Of a stretch of DNA of 64,000 bases, positions 25,981-35,219 are shown piece by piece. The DNA comes from a virus. Its lineage: Duplodnaviria; Caudoviricetes. The notes under the pieces were generated by a model that was given only the letters and a program-made list of their open reading frames with translations, had not been told where the DNA came from and made no database searches. Both the position numbers and the translations under genes were made by a program. The stretch covers positions 6,179 through 70,178 of the IMG/VR virus record IMGVR_UViG_2869271264_000002; one strand, given 5' to 3'. Within the stretch, counting starts at the first letter, position 1. Every line of letters starts with the position of its first letter.

Positions 25981-28293
25981 ATGAACATTGAAACCGCTTT
26001 CCGCCCGGATTCCATCGCCATTGGCGCGCCGGCCTATCATCCCGCCTATTCAAGTTCCGGCCATGTCGTCCAGGTCGAGGCAAGTAACGGCTTCACCATT
26101 GGCGGCGGCGGCATGGTGCGCGACCGGTCGCAACTGACAATCGTTTGGGGCGAAAGCCTCCAGATAACGGAGGTTCCCGAATCCGCCGCCCGGCTATGGC
26201 TGGAGCTTGCGCCGCGCTATCTGGTCGAACCGATTTCAGCCGTACAGGCGGCGGCATTGCTGGCGGCAGCAAAGCACAAGCAAGCCGAATTCCGCCGCAA
26301 GATGAACGAAGCCAGCGAACAAGGCCGCACCGCGCGCGCCGCTTTCGAAGCCGGGGCCGCCAGCAAGATTCCGGCATGGGCAAAAGCCGTCATCATTGGC
26401 GAGTTGATCGAGGATCAATCGGACTCGATGACCGACTATTATGGCGGCAAGACCATTAAAACCGTCATTCTCGGCTTTTCCAAGCATACCCGCGATTTAT
26501 TCCCTGAGCTTCGCCAAGCGGCGCGCAACTTCGCCGACACTGCCGGGCTTGCCGACGCGCCGGAAACTGCCGAACATCGCCAGAAATACAGCATGGGCGG
26601 CGGCTACTTCCTGAAGACTGGCGGCCGCTATTCGAGCGGCTGGAAAGTCTCGAAACAATCATTCTACGGCAACCGGGAACCGGTCAAGAGCCTGCCTTTC
26701 CCTGCCGACTGGCATTTGAGCGCGCCGACGCCGGCAAGCGCTCCAGCGGCCGCGCCTGGCGTTGTGACGCCGGCCGGGATTCGGATCGAGGAACACACGC
26801 ACACGAAAAAGGGCTTTCAAATGTTCATTTGCATCATGCCCGAACGTGTCGAGCGCGACGAGTTCAACCGGCTTCGTGATTTGGCCGAGACTCTTGGCGG
26901 CTGGTATACAAAACCATGGGGCAAGACGCCGGGCGGCTTCGCCTTCAAGAAACAGGAAGCGGCGGATACCTTCGCCAATCCCGAACCATCAGCGGCCGGC
27001 CCCGGATCATGCCCACAATGCCCGCATGGCTTAGGCTTCAACTGTTCGACATGCTGGCCGAAGGGCAAGCCGTCGACCCAAGAACAGCGTGCCGAGGCGC
27101 CAGCGCGTGCCAACGTCGCGACCGGCGACAAGCTGCGCGCCATGGCCGACGCCATGCAAGGCGATATAGACCATAAATTCCGCGACCGGCAGACAAACAC
27201 GCCTAAGCGCCAGCGCGAAGCCGATAGCGCACGGCTTGACGGCTATTGGCTGCAGCGGACGCAACAGGCATTGCGCGCCCTGGCGGCGCACCATGACGCC
27301 GGAACCGTTCCGCTCGAATTGCGCGGCGCAACGTCAAAGAAAGTCGTCCATGACCTGGCGCGCTCCGAGATCGTGCGCAATGGCGGCTATTACGACGCCG
27401 GCCATGATAGCGGCAAACCGGCCAATGACACGCCGGCAACGCGCGCGCTTTGGGCAATGATCGCCGGGCAAAGCGAGGCCGACAAGCAAGCCGAGGAGTT
27501 GCGCCGCAAGGTCCAGGCGCTGCAATTCGCGAAGATTCCCGGTTACTTCCCGACGCCGCGCGCCGTCATCGATCAGATGATTGACCTTGCCGACATGCCG
27601 GCCGGCGAATTCGACATGCTGGAACCGGAAGGCGGCGGCGGCGCTATTCTGGACGCCATGGCGGAAGCCGCTCCGCTGGCCAAGCTCACCACGTTCGAAC
27701 GGCATTTCAGCTTGCGGGAGATTTTGACCGCCAAAGGCTACACGCTCGCCGGATCCGATTTCATGGAAGCCGAGACCGCGCCGCGCTTTGACCGCGTGCT
27801 GATGAACCCGCCCTTTGAAAACGGGCAAGATATCGAGCATGTGCGCCACGCCTTCAAGATGCTGCGCGATGGCGGCCGGCTGGTCGCGGTCATGTCGCCG
27901 GGTCCATTCTTCCGGCAGGATCGCAAGGCAACGGAATTTCGCGCCTGGTTCGATGAGCGCGGCGGCGAAAAGTACGATCTGCCGGCCGGATCATTCAAGG
28001 AAAGCGGAACCGGAACTGGAACCGTCCTTGTCGTGCTGGTCGGCGATGAACTGGCGAAGGAAGCCGCGCCGGTTGCAACCGCGCCGGCAGCTGGTCGCGG
28101 CTATCGTATCGGCACAAGCCATTTCGAAAGCATGGAGGCGGCCAGCCGATACTATCAAGGCAACGACAAACAGACGGCCGAAAAGATAGCCGAGGGCGAA
28201 ATTCACATCGGCCCGCCTTCCACATGCGAACCCGACGAGATCGTGACGCTGAACTGGTCGGAAGGCCGCTACTTCATCGAACGGAGGGGCTGA
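25981..28293 (+). CDS. multidomain (polyvalent-type) protein with C-terminal N6-adenine methyltransferase domain
   Basis: YFPTP, LEPEGGGG, DFM, FDRVLMNPPF, LPAGSFKESGT; N-terminal DSMTDYY..HRQKYSMG.GY.L domain. Confidence 0.85.
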   Translation: MNIETAFRPDSIAIGAPAYHPAYSSSGHVVQVEASNGFTIGGGGMVRDRSQLTIVWGESLQITEVPESAARLWLELAPRYLVEPISAVQAAALLAAAKHKQAEFRRKMNEASEQGRTARAAFEAGAASKIPAWAKAVIIGELIEDQSDSMTDYYGGKTIKTVILGFSKHTRDLFPELRQAARNFADTAGLADAPETAEHRQKYSMGGGYFLKTGGRYSSGWKVSKQSFYGNREPVKSLPFPADWHLSAPTPASAPAAAPGVVTPAGIRIEEHTHTKKGFQMFICIMPERVERDEFNRLRDLAETLGGWYTKPWGKTPGGFAFKKQEAADTFANPEPSAAGPGSCPQCPHGLGFNCSTCWPKGKPSTQEQRAEAPARANVATGDKLRAMADAMQGDIDHKFRDRQTNTPKRQREADSARLDGYWLQRTQQALRALAAHHDAGTVPLELRGATSKKVVHDLARSEIVRNGGYYDAGHDSGKPANDTPATRALWAMIAGQSEADKQAEELRRKVQALQFAKIPGYFPTPRAVIDQMIDLADMPAGEFDMLEPEGGGGAILDAMAEAAPLAKLTTFERHFSLREILTAKGYTLAGSDFMEAETAPRFDRVLMNPPFENGQDIEHVRHAFKMLRDGGRLVAVMSPGPFFRQDRKATEFRAWFDERGGEKYDLPAGSFKESGTGTGTVLVVLVGDELAKEAAPVATAPAAGRGYRIGTSHFESMEAASRYYQGNDKQTAEKIAEGEIHIGPPSTCEPDEIVTLNWSEGRYFIERRG

Positions 28294-28533
28294 AGCCATG
28301 GAAAAGCGCGAATGGTATTTTGCCGGCGGCTGGAATTGGCCGCTGATTGCCGCGCTGCTGTTCACTGCGGCATTCTGGACGGCGGCCTATCAGGCATTCG
28401 CATGATCCGCCATGCCGCCGGCTTCCTCGCAATGGTGGCACTTATGGCTGGCGTCCTAGCGCTGGTCATCATCTTCGACTTGCCGCTACCGCATTAGAAG
28501 ACAATCGCGGAATTCTTATAACCCCGCTCGATA

Positions 28534-28992
28534 GTGAGCGAACAACAGGAGATCGAAATGCCGAAAATGATTTTCCACATGGGCGTTACCCTTCGCTGTT
28601 ACGGCAACGTCGAGGTCGAGGCCGAAAGCGTCGAGGCGGCTTTCCCGCTACTGACTGCCGATTACATCGGCGACAACATCACGATCCATGAAACGACAAC
28701 CGATAGCGGGCAGGATTTGGCCATTATCGACGTTACCGACGAAGAGACCGGCGAACGGTTGGCAGACTATGGCGGGCACTCCCTGCCAAGCGTCTACGAT
28801 CCGCAACCATCGCGGCTCGAACTGGCCGCGCCCGACATGCTGGCCGCCCTGAAGGCGATCAAGCGAGCTCGCGGCAACTGTGGCGCATCGCCATTCGAAC
28901 AAGCCGCCTGCAATCTCATGGATGCGGCTATCCTGAAGGCGGAGGGCGAAGCCGCCGGCATTGCTGATGCGGAGGGCTGCGCCAATGGTTGA
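28534..28992 (+). CDS. hypothetical protein
   Basis: AAPDMLAAL phage motif. Confidence 0.6.
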   Translation: MSEQQEIEMPKMIFHMGVTLRCYGNVEVEAESVEAAFPLLTADYIGDNITIHETTTDSGQDLAIIDVTDEETGERLADYGGHSLPSVYDPQPSRLELAAPDMLAALKAIKRARGNCGASPFEQAACNLMDAAILKAEGEAAGIADAEGCANG

Positions 28993-29356
28993 CGCCAGCG
29001 AAGCCCCGACCACGTTTCATTATGAGCATTGGCGTCATGGCGGATGGTACACGAATGTTTACTATCCGTCCGGCGCTTGCGGTTGCGTGTCGCGCAACTA
29101 CGATGACGGCAAATGGCGCATTGCCTGTGATCCGCGCCCATTCGAGCAACGACCGACATTCAAGAACCGTGACGCGGCGGCGCTTGCCGAATGGCACCTT
29201 GCGGAAGCGGAATGGACGCTTGTCCGCGCGGCGGCTGGCGATCTGTTCGACGCCTTAGACCGCGCTGTCGATCACAAGGCTATCACCGATCCATTCTGCC
29301 TGAAGCTCGCCAAGGAAGCGCTGGCGAAGGCTAAAGGACAAGCCGCCGCTCGCTGA
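28985..29356 (+). CDS. hypothetical protein
   Basis: coupled ORF. Confidence 0.6.
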   Translation: MVDASEAPTTFHYEHWRHGGWYTNVYYPSGACGCVSRNYDDGKWRIACDPRPFEQRPTFKNRDAAALAEWHLAEAEWTLVRAAAGDLFDALDRAVDHKAITDPFCLKLAKEALAKAKGQAAAR

Positions 29357-29421
29357 CACAGAAACACGCCTGGCGCTCGCCCCTGTGGCGGCGCGGCCCT
29401 ATTCGAGAAGGAACCGAACAC

Positions 29422-29847
29422 ATGGAAAGTTTGACAGTGACATCAATCCGCGAAAGCCTGGCCGCACGTTTCAAGCGCTCATCGTTCTATTGGCGCTGGC
29501 GCGGCCGGATCACGCGCTACCGCCTCGCCTGGCGATACGCACGCGGCACCATGACGGCAGATGACGCGCAGTGGATCACTACCGACTGCAGGGACACTGC
29601 CGGTTGGCATCCGCTCGCCTCACTCTGCAATGAGTCCGTTATGGATCTTGCCCTTGACGTGTACGAAGATCATCCCGATCTGGCGCGGCTTGTTGCGGAA
29701 GCCTGCAACCGTGTCGGCGACAAATGGGACGACTATTCCGAGTCGGCTTCATCTGCCGCCGACTGGGCGATGGAAAAGGTGGCTGAGTACGCCAACCTTG
29801 AAAACATCGAACTGATCAAACGTGAAGGATCGGCGGACGACGAATAA
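29422..29847 (+). CDS. hypothetical protein
   Basis: GAAGGA RBS; 141 aa. Confidence 0.6.
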   Translation: MESLTVTSIRESLAARFKRSSFYWRWRGRITRYRLAWRYARGTMTADDAQWITTDCRDTAGWHPLASLCNESVMDLALDVYEDHPDLARLVAEACNRVGDKWDDYSESASSAADWAMEKVAEYANLENIELIKREGSADDE

Positions 29848-29919
29848 ACCTTGCAACTGGCATAGATTTATGCCATGAACTGAATTGCCGATTGTGGCGA
29901 ATAGAGGAGATAGAACAGC

Positions 29920-31347
29920 ATGAACGCACACGCCCATCCCGCGAATTCCAGTGTTTCGGCCATCGCCCTTGGCGCGGTCGTTTCCTTCAGTGCCTATGCC
30001 GCCGCAAAGGCGGTCCAGGCGGAGCCGGAACATGAACCAGAAGTGATCGCGGCCAATGAGGCGACACTCGCCGAAGTCCGCGCCATCTTCCCGGCGGATC
30101 TCGCCGAAAAGGCAATCGCCGCTGGAGCGTTCGATGAACCGGTCGAGATCGCCGAAGAGTCGGTAGAGATCGCGCCGCTTCCGCCGGCAACAGCGCTCGC
30201 CGACCGCGCCGCGCTCAACCGCGCGCTCGATATCGTCGCCAACGTGGTCGAGAAGCGCAGTTGTATCCCCATTCTCGGCAATGTCTGCCTCATCGGCGAC
30301 GGCGAAAATCTGACCGTGACCGGCACTGATCTGGACATTGAAATCGCGGTCAAGATTCCGGCCGCCGCTGATGCCAGATTCGCCGTCACTCTGCCGGCGC
30401 ATACTATGAAAGACCTCCTGAAAAAGGCGACGGCTTCCGAGTTCGTCGGTTTCACGGAACGGCAAGGCGACAGCAACGCCGTCACGGTCGATTTCGAAAA
30501 GGTGAACTACAGGCTGCAGGATTTGCCGGTCGCCGACTATCCGAACCTTTCCGGCGGCAAGCCGTCGCATTCCTTCACGGTTCCCGGCGCCGATCTGGTC
30601 GAGGCCTTCGGCGGCGTGGCGATCGCCATTTCAACCGAGGAAACCCGCTACTATCTGAACGGGGTCTATCTTCACCATGTCGAGCCGCGCGCCATCGATG
30701 CCTATCACGGCGATCACGGCGCATTGCGCATGGTCGCCACCGATGGGCATAGGCTTTGCCGGCAGGATTTGGCGGCCAGCGAGGGCATGAAGGGGATGCC
30801 CGGCGTCATCGTACCCCGCAAGACCGTCGCGCTCCTGCAGAAGCTCCTGAAGGGCAAGGCGTGCCCGGCAGAGGTTCGTGTCGAGATAGGCAAGACCGAG
30901 CATTGGGGAACCATCCGCCTCATGTTCGATGGCGTCACGATCACAAGCAAGCTGGTGGAAGGCTCATTCCCCGACTATCAGCGCGTCATCCCGACCGGCA
31001 ACGACAAGCCGGCAACGTTCAAGGCGGCGGACCTGGCGGAAGGCGTGCGCGCGGTCGAACTGATTTCTTCCGAGCGCGGCCGCGCCGTCAAGCTCACCTT
31101 CAGCAAGGGCAAGTGCCAGCTGGTCGTCAACAATCCCGATCAAGGTTCGGCAACCGCCGACATTGCCGCCGACTATGGCAGCGACGAATTGGAGATCGGA
31201 TTCAACGCCAAGTATGTGCAGGATTTGATCGCTACCGCCTGCTGCGAAGAGATCACGCTTACCATGGCTGATTCCGGCTCGCCGACACTCATGACCGCGC
31301 CGGACCGCAAGGGCTGGCTTGGCGTCCTCATGCCGATGCGTGTGTAG
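29920..31347 (+). CDS. dnaN: DNA polymerase III beta sliding clamp with about 95-aa acidic N-terminal extension
   Basis: PILGNV, TGTDLDIEI, STEETRYYLNGV, ATDGHRL, VPRK, SKLVEGSFPDYQRVIP, IGFNAKY, LMPMRV. Confidence 0.95.
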   Translation: MNAHAHPANSSVSAIALGAVVSFSAYAAAKAVQAEPEHEPEVIAANEATLAEVRAIFPADLAEKAIAAGAFDEPVEIAEESVEIAPLPPATALADRAALNRALDIVANVVEKRSCIPILGNVCLIGDGENLTVTGTDLDIEIAVKIPAAADARFAVTLPAHTMKDLLKKATASEFVGFTERQGDSNAVTVDFEKVNYRLQDLPVADYPNLSGGKPSHSFTVPGADLVEAFGGVAIAISTEETRYYLNGVYLHHVEPRAIDAYHGDHGALRMVATDGHRLCRQDLAASEGMKGMPGVIVPRKTVALLQKLLKGKACPAEVRVEIGKTEHWGTIRLMFDGVTITSKLVEGSFPDYQRVIPTGNDKPATFKAADLAEGVRAVELISSERGRAVKLTFSKGKCQLVVNNPDQGSATADIAADYGSDELEIGFNAKYVQDLIATACCEEITLTMADSGSPTLMTAPDRKGWLGVLMPMRV

Positions 31348-31413
31348 ATTTAGGCCTTGGTCGGGCGCGCGAATGCGCCCACCTTCCATCAATCACGACA
31401 AGGAGGTTTCCCA

Positions 31414-32016
31414 ATGCCGAAGATCATCGCCAAATATACCGATTTCAACGGAAACGTCTCATATGTGAGCGTTCTCGATGGTCACGTCTCCCACGCGCTG
31501 GCCAATGGCATCCCCTATGCGCTCAACAGCATCCCTAGGGATCAAGATGGCATGTCGCTTCGCTTCGCCTGCGAACGATGCACTACGGTCGAACAACTTG
31601 TGGCGACCATCAGCGCGCGCATGTATCTAGGCGGCAAAGCAAGCGTGGAAGCCTTTTCGCCAGCGACAGTCACGCCCGATGTCGCGCCAAGCGCCCGAGA
31701 TCAAGACCGCACCGCCTACATGGAATTCATGCTGGCGGAATCATTCAAGGCTTGGGACGATGAAGAGGACAGCGTGAAGGAAGAGCACGCCGACCTGATC
31801 GCCGAGCTCTCGGACTTTGTTGGCACTTTGGCGAGCCAGCCAGAACGCCAAATAAGCCCCTTCCATGAGAACGGCATGAAAGCCGCCGCGTTTTCGGCGA
31901 TGTTGAAGGCGCTGAAAGGTTTCGTTGATGCCTGTGGTGGCGATGCGCCCGATTGGCTTGGCGAGGAATTCTCCGCCTGCGAAGACGCCATCGAGCTTGC
32001 CGAAAAGGCCATCTGA
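31414..32016 (+). CDS. hypothetical protein
   Basis: hairpin + AGGAGGT RBS. Confidence 0.65.
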   Translation: MPKIIAKYTDFNGNVSYVSVLDGHVSHALANGIPYALNSIPRDQDGMSLRFACERCTTVEQLVATISARMYLGGKASVEAFSPATVTPDVAPSARDQDRTAYMEFMLAESFKAWDDEEDSVKEEHADLIAELSDFVGTLASQPERQISPFHENGMKAAAFSAMLKALKGFVDACGGDAPDWLGEEFSACEDAIELAEKAI

Positions 32017-32056
32017 ACAACTCCGCCAACCGTGGCGAAACACAGGAGACAGAACC

Positions 32057-32332
32057 ATGCCGAAATTCACCGTCCAGCCATGCCAGGCTGATCAAGGCGC
32101 AACCTATGTCATCGCCGACGAGTCCGGCGACATCGTGCTTCGCACATGGAGCAACTCGAAAGAGGAGATCGAGATCGCCGAGCGCGCCGCTGCTGCCTTG
32201 TCTGGCACCGATATAGCCGGTGAGATTCCGGCGCTGCGCAAATGCCTGATGGCGATGGAGCGAGCCAATCTAAGCGAGGCCCACCGACTGCGCGGCGTGA
32301 TCGAGCGCCTCAGCGGAGGACCAGTGACATGA
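32057..32332 (+). CDS. hypothetical protein
   Basis: leader hairpin + GGAG. Confidence 0.65.
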   Translation: MPKFTVQPCQADQGATYVIADESGDIVLRTWSNSKEEIEIAERAAAALSGTDIAGEIPALRKCLMAMERANLSEAHRLRGVIERLSGGPVT

Positions 32333-32476
32333 GCGCGCTCCGCTTCTGCATCGGCTTCGCCGCCGGCATCCTCGACGGATTCGGCACCATCCGCGCTCGC
32401 GATCGCATCCTTCGGCTGGTTCGCTATGATGGCGCGACGATGAATGGCTTCGACCGCGCGGCCGACATGTTCTCGT

Positions 32477-32671
32477 ATGGCCACTGATATGACCAGATGG
32501 GATGAAGTCCTGATCTTCGTGCGCGGCAAATGGGAAATCGCGCACAAGGAGGTCGCCGACGGCGCCAGGCAGATGTGGATCCGCCGCGATATGTCATGGA
32601 TTTGCGACGAAGGCGCGGAGGAGGCGACCTTGCCTATGCCGCCAAAGCCGAAGAAAGCGAAACCAACATGA
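32477..32671 (+). CDS. hypothetical protein
   Basis: coupled ORF. Confidence 0.5.
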   Translation: MATDMTRWDEVLIFVRGKWEIAHKEVADGARQMWIRRDMSWICDEGAEEATLPMPPKPKKAKPT

Positions 32672-32904
32672 CCTACGCCAGACGGAGTTCAGCCATCCGC
32701 GCGGCCAAGAGCGCCTGCAGGAAGGCGCTTGACGCTCCGCACTATCAGGCGGCCCAAGGTGTCGATTTCACCATTCGAGTTCATTATTGGTATCTCGGCC
32801 CGCTTGGGCAGATGGACGACGAATACAGCTTCGATTTGATCGGAGTATGCTTGGAGGCATCCGAGGCCAAGGAAAAAGATCCGACCAACGTCTACCAACC
32901 CTAA
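32668..32904 (+). CDS. hypothetical protein
   Basis: ATGA-coupled. Confidence 0.5.
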   Translation: MTYARRSSAIRAAKSACRKALDAPHYQAAQGVDFTIRVHYWYLGPLGQMDDEYSFDLIGVCLEASEAKEKDPTNVYQP

Positions 32905-32918
32905 ACGGAGGCCAAGTC

Positions 32919-33146
32919 ATGAACGACGTTTTTCTGGTGACCATCCTGTCCAAGTCGGCACCGATCTTCCGCTTTGTCGGCGGAACGGACGAAGGCCGCG
33001 CCAATTACCTCGCCGGTGTGTGCATTGACCGGCTTGCGGATTACCATGGACTGGAGTTCGACTACTCGGTCGAGCGGCTGCCATATGCCGCTACCATGAC
33101 GCCGGAAACCGAGATCGTGCGCTTGGCGCTGGAGTCGGACGTATGA
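32919..33146 (+). CDS. hypothetical protein
   Basis: GGAGG RBS. Confidence 0.55.
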   Translation: MNDVFLVTILSKSAPIFRFVGGTDEGRANYLAGVCIDRLADYHGLEFDYSVERLPYAATMTPETEIVRLALESDV

Positions 33147-33349
33147 GCGCGAACGAATTCAGACTCCAGCGTCGAAAGGATGAGCCCGCTGCTCTGAAGA
33201 TTGCAACCGACAAATACGAGGCGGCCGTCAATTCTCGTGATGCTTCGCCTGAAGGCATCGCCGCATTGGTCGCCGCAAAGCGCAACTATGGCGCGATCCT
33301 GCTTCGCGAGGATAAGAAGTCGCGGCCGGAGATTTACCGCAAAACCTAA
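33143..33349 (+). CDS. hypothetical protein
   Basis: ATGA-coupled. Confidence 0.55.
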   Translation: MSANEFRLQRRKDEPAALKIATDKYEAAVNSRDASPEGIAALVAAKRNYGAILLREDKKSRPEIYRKT

Positions 33350-33506
33350 CCTGAAGCCTGCCAACTGTGGCAAAGAAAGGAGTCTGTCATGATCCGCACA
33401 CTGATGAGGGCTTTACGCCGGCTGTTCGTCGCCGATCCCGTCAAGGAATTCCTTGGCGAATGGGGCGACGAGATCGAGCAGGAAGCGCGCAAAAGGCGCA
33501 ACACCG

Positions 33507-33983
33507 ATGCTTGAGTGGGGACCGATCATCATCCTGATCCTGGTCGCCGCCGGCATAGCCATAGGGCTGTTGCCGGAAGCCCATGACGCGCCGCTGCACA
33601 AGTTCCGCAACCAATGCCGAAGCGAGGGCATGGATTTCCGCGAGACCGAGGCGGCGATCGCCACGCGCATGGCATTTGTCCGGCTGCGAAGGATAGCCTC
33701 CGACCGGTGCATCGCCCAAGGCGGCAAGATCGGCCGCGACGAGATCAATGAGATCGCCGGCCATATCGCCATCGGCTTGGCCGCCTCGCGTGGCACCGAT
33801 GCCGGCCATAAGTTCATCACATGGATCGATGACTGTCCGGACGAGGAGATCCTTTACGATGACGCCAGAGCGGCGCGCCATCGCCATCACGTCGCGGCCT
33901 TGCGTGAACAGGGTCATTACCCGCCCAAGAACGTCAAGCTGCATGATGACTACCGGCACGCTTTCAAGATCGTGAAGCATTAG
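33507..33983 (+). CDS. membrane-anchored hypothetical protein
   Basis: N-terminal TM helix WGPIIILILVAAGIAIGLL. Confidence 0.6.
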   Translation: MLEWGPIIILILVAAGIAIGLLPEAHDAPLHKFRNQCRSEGMDFRETEAAIATRMAFVRLRRIASDRCIAQGGKIGRDEINEIAGHIAIGLAASRGTDAGHKFITWIDDCPDEEILYDDARAARHRHHVAALREQGHYPPKNVKLHDDYRHAFKIVKH

Positions 33984-34121
33984 CGCCGATTTGCCGCCAG
34001 ATTAGCCCGCCAGCACGCGCGGAGGCCTTCCGGCGCAGCGAACTACCCGCCAGATGGAACGCTCGCTGGCGGCCCTGCCCTGCCCTTTCCCCCATTGATG
34101 ACAATAAAGGAGTTTTGACCT

Positions 34122-34670
34122 ATGGATTTGATGCTTGTCGATTCGAAAGCCGATCGTGGCGCTGGCGGAGACGGAATGGCCAACAAATCGAACCCCATAT
34201 TCCGAGCATGGGCCGAGCCCAACAACCGCGGGCCCGGCTTCATCGCCCTGTGGATCGCGCCTGGCCTGGTCGCCGACATTGTGCGACCGGACGGCAAGAC
34301 GCCAGCCATCTTCAGCACAGAGCTCGAGGCCGAGCTCGCAGGATGGCGGCGTATGGCCGAGGTGCTGAACGGACCGAGGATTCGAGCAAATCGGGATCAG
34401 GGCAAGAAAGAACGGTATCAGCGCCTCACTGGGCCGGAGTTCGCCGAGCAGCTGCGCGCCGCCGGGATTACCCCTACCTTCCTCGCATTCATTTACTCCA
34501 CAAGTCCGCACAGAGTTTTGACGTGGCTGGATGGTGCCGAGGATATCCCGCACCCGATCCGCGTGCTTCTGGCGTTGTTCCAAGCCGATGAACGGAACAT
34601 CGATATCGCCGAACGCGTGACCGAGGCCATCACGACCGAGCGCAAGCCTCGCCGGCGCGACACCGGCTAG
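34122..34670 (+). CDS. HTH-domain transcriptional regulator
   Basis: LTGPEF...L...G.T...LA.I.......V..WL.G...IP. Confidence 0.6.
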   Translation: MDLMLVDSKADRGAGGDGMANKSNPIFRAWAEPNNRGPGFIALWIAPGLVADIVRPDGKTPAIFSTELEAELAGWRRMAEVLNGPRIRANRDQGKKERYQRLTGPEFAEQLRAAGITPTFLAFIYSTSPHRVLTWLDGAEDIPHPIRVLLALFQADERNIDIAERVTEAITTERKPRRRDTG

Positions 34671-34891
34671 GCGCTGCCCATGCAGGGCCCGATCGTATCG
34701 GGCTGGCTGTCCATGTATTGATCGATCAATCCGCTGAGATCCTCAACAGTGTTCACCAAGCCCTTGAACGTGAGGACTACGCCGGCGAATGGCTTGCCGT
34801 TCTCGTCGTTCAGGAGGATGCGGACATTTCCCTCATCGTCCATCTGAGCGTCAATCGATGTGGCGTGCGGGACATCAAGAACTTTCACCAT
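34667..34891 (-). CDS. hypothetical protein
   Basis: GGAGG RBS. Confidence 0.55.
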   Translation of the reverse strand: MVKVLDVPHATSIDAQMDDEGNVRILLNDENGKPFAGVVLTFKGLVNTVEDLSGLIDQYMDSQPDTIGPCMGSA

Positions 34892-35219
34892 CCTCCGCCT
34901 CCCGCACCGCCAAGATGTCCAGCGCGGTCCCGATGATGCTTTGCGGCTTGCCACCATCCATGGCGGTCCGCGCGACCGAAGCGCGCAACTCGTCGATGGT
35001 GGCGCCGCACTGAAGCGCGATCGAGATCAACACCGCCGCATCGTGGCAGATCAGGCCGATCGCCGAATCCGATTTCTGCGCATAGATGAACATCTCGCCG
35101 ATCCGGCCATCCGGGTAGAAGCCGACAGTCGAGGTGAATGGCGACCTATTGCCGTTGGTCTCGATGTGGTTGAATTCGATCACTTCGGAAGCGCGGCGGT
35201 CCGGTAAGCGTTCTCTCAT
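34875..35219 (-). CDS. stand-alone TSCPD domain (class II ribonucleotide reductase C-terminal-like)
   Basis: RERLPDRR, TVGFYPDGRIGEMFI, AVLISIALQCG. Confidence 0.75.
   Translation of the reverse strand: MRERLPDRRASEVIEFNHIETNGNRSPFTSTVGFYPDGRIGEMFIYAQKSDSAIGLICHDAAVLISIALQCGATIDELRASVARTAMDGGKPQSIIGTALDILAVREAEDGESS

Larger units (their letters stand above)
21067..33371 (+). repeat. dispersed leader hairpin family (GCC)R-AYYG-T(GGC) upstream of a GGAG Shine-Dalgarno
   Basis: copies at 21067, 21504, 21780, 22596, 23313, 23859, 24179, 24902, 25271, 25948, 29887, 32025, 33360, each about 17-22 nt before an ATG. Confidence 0.85.
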
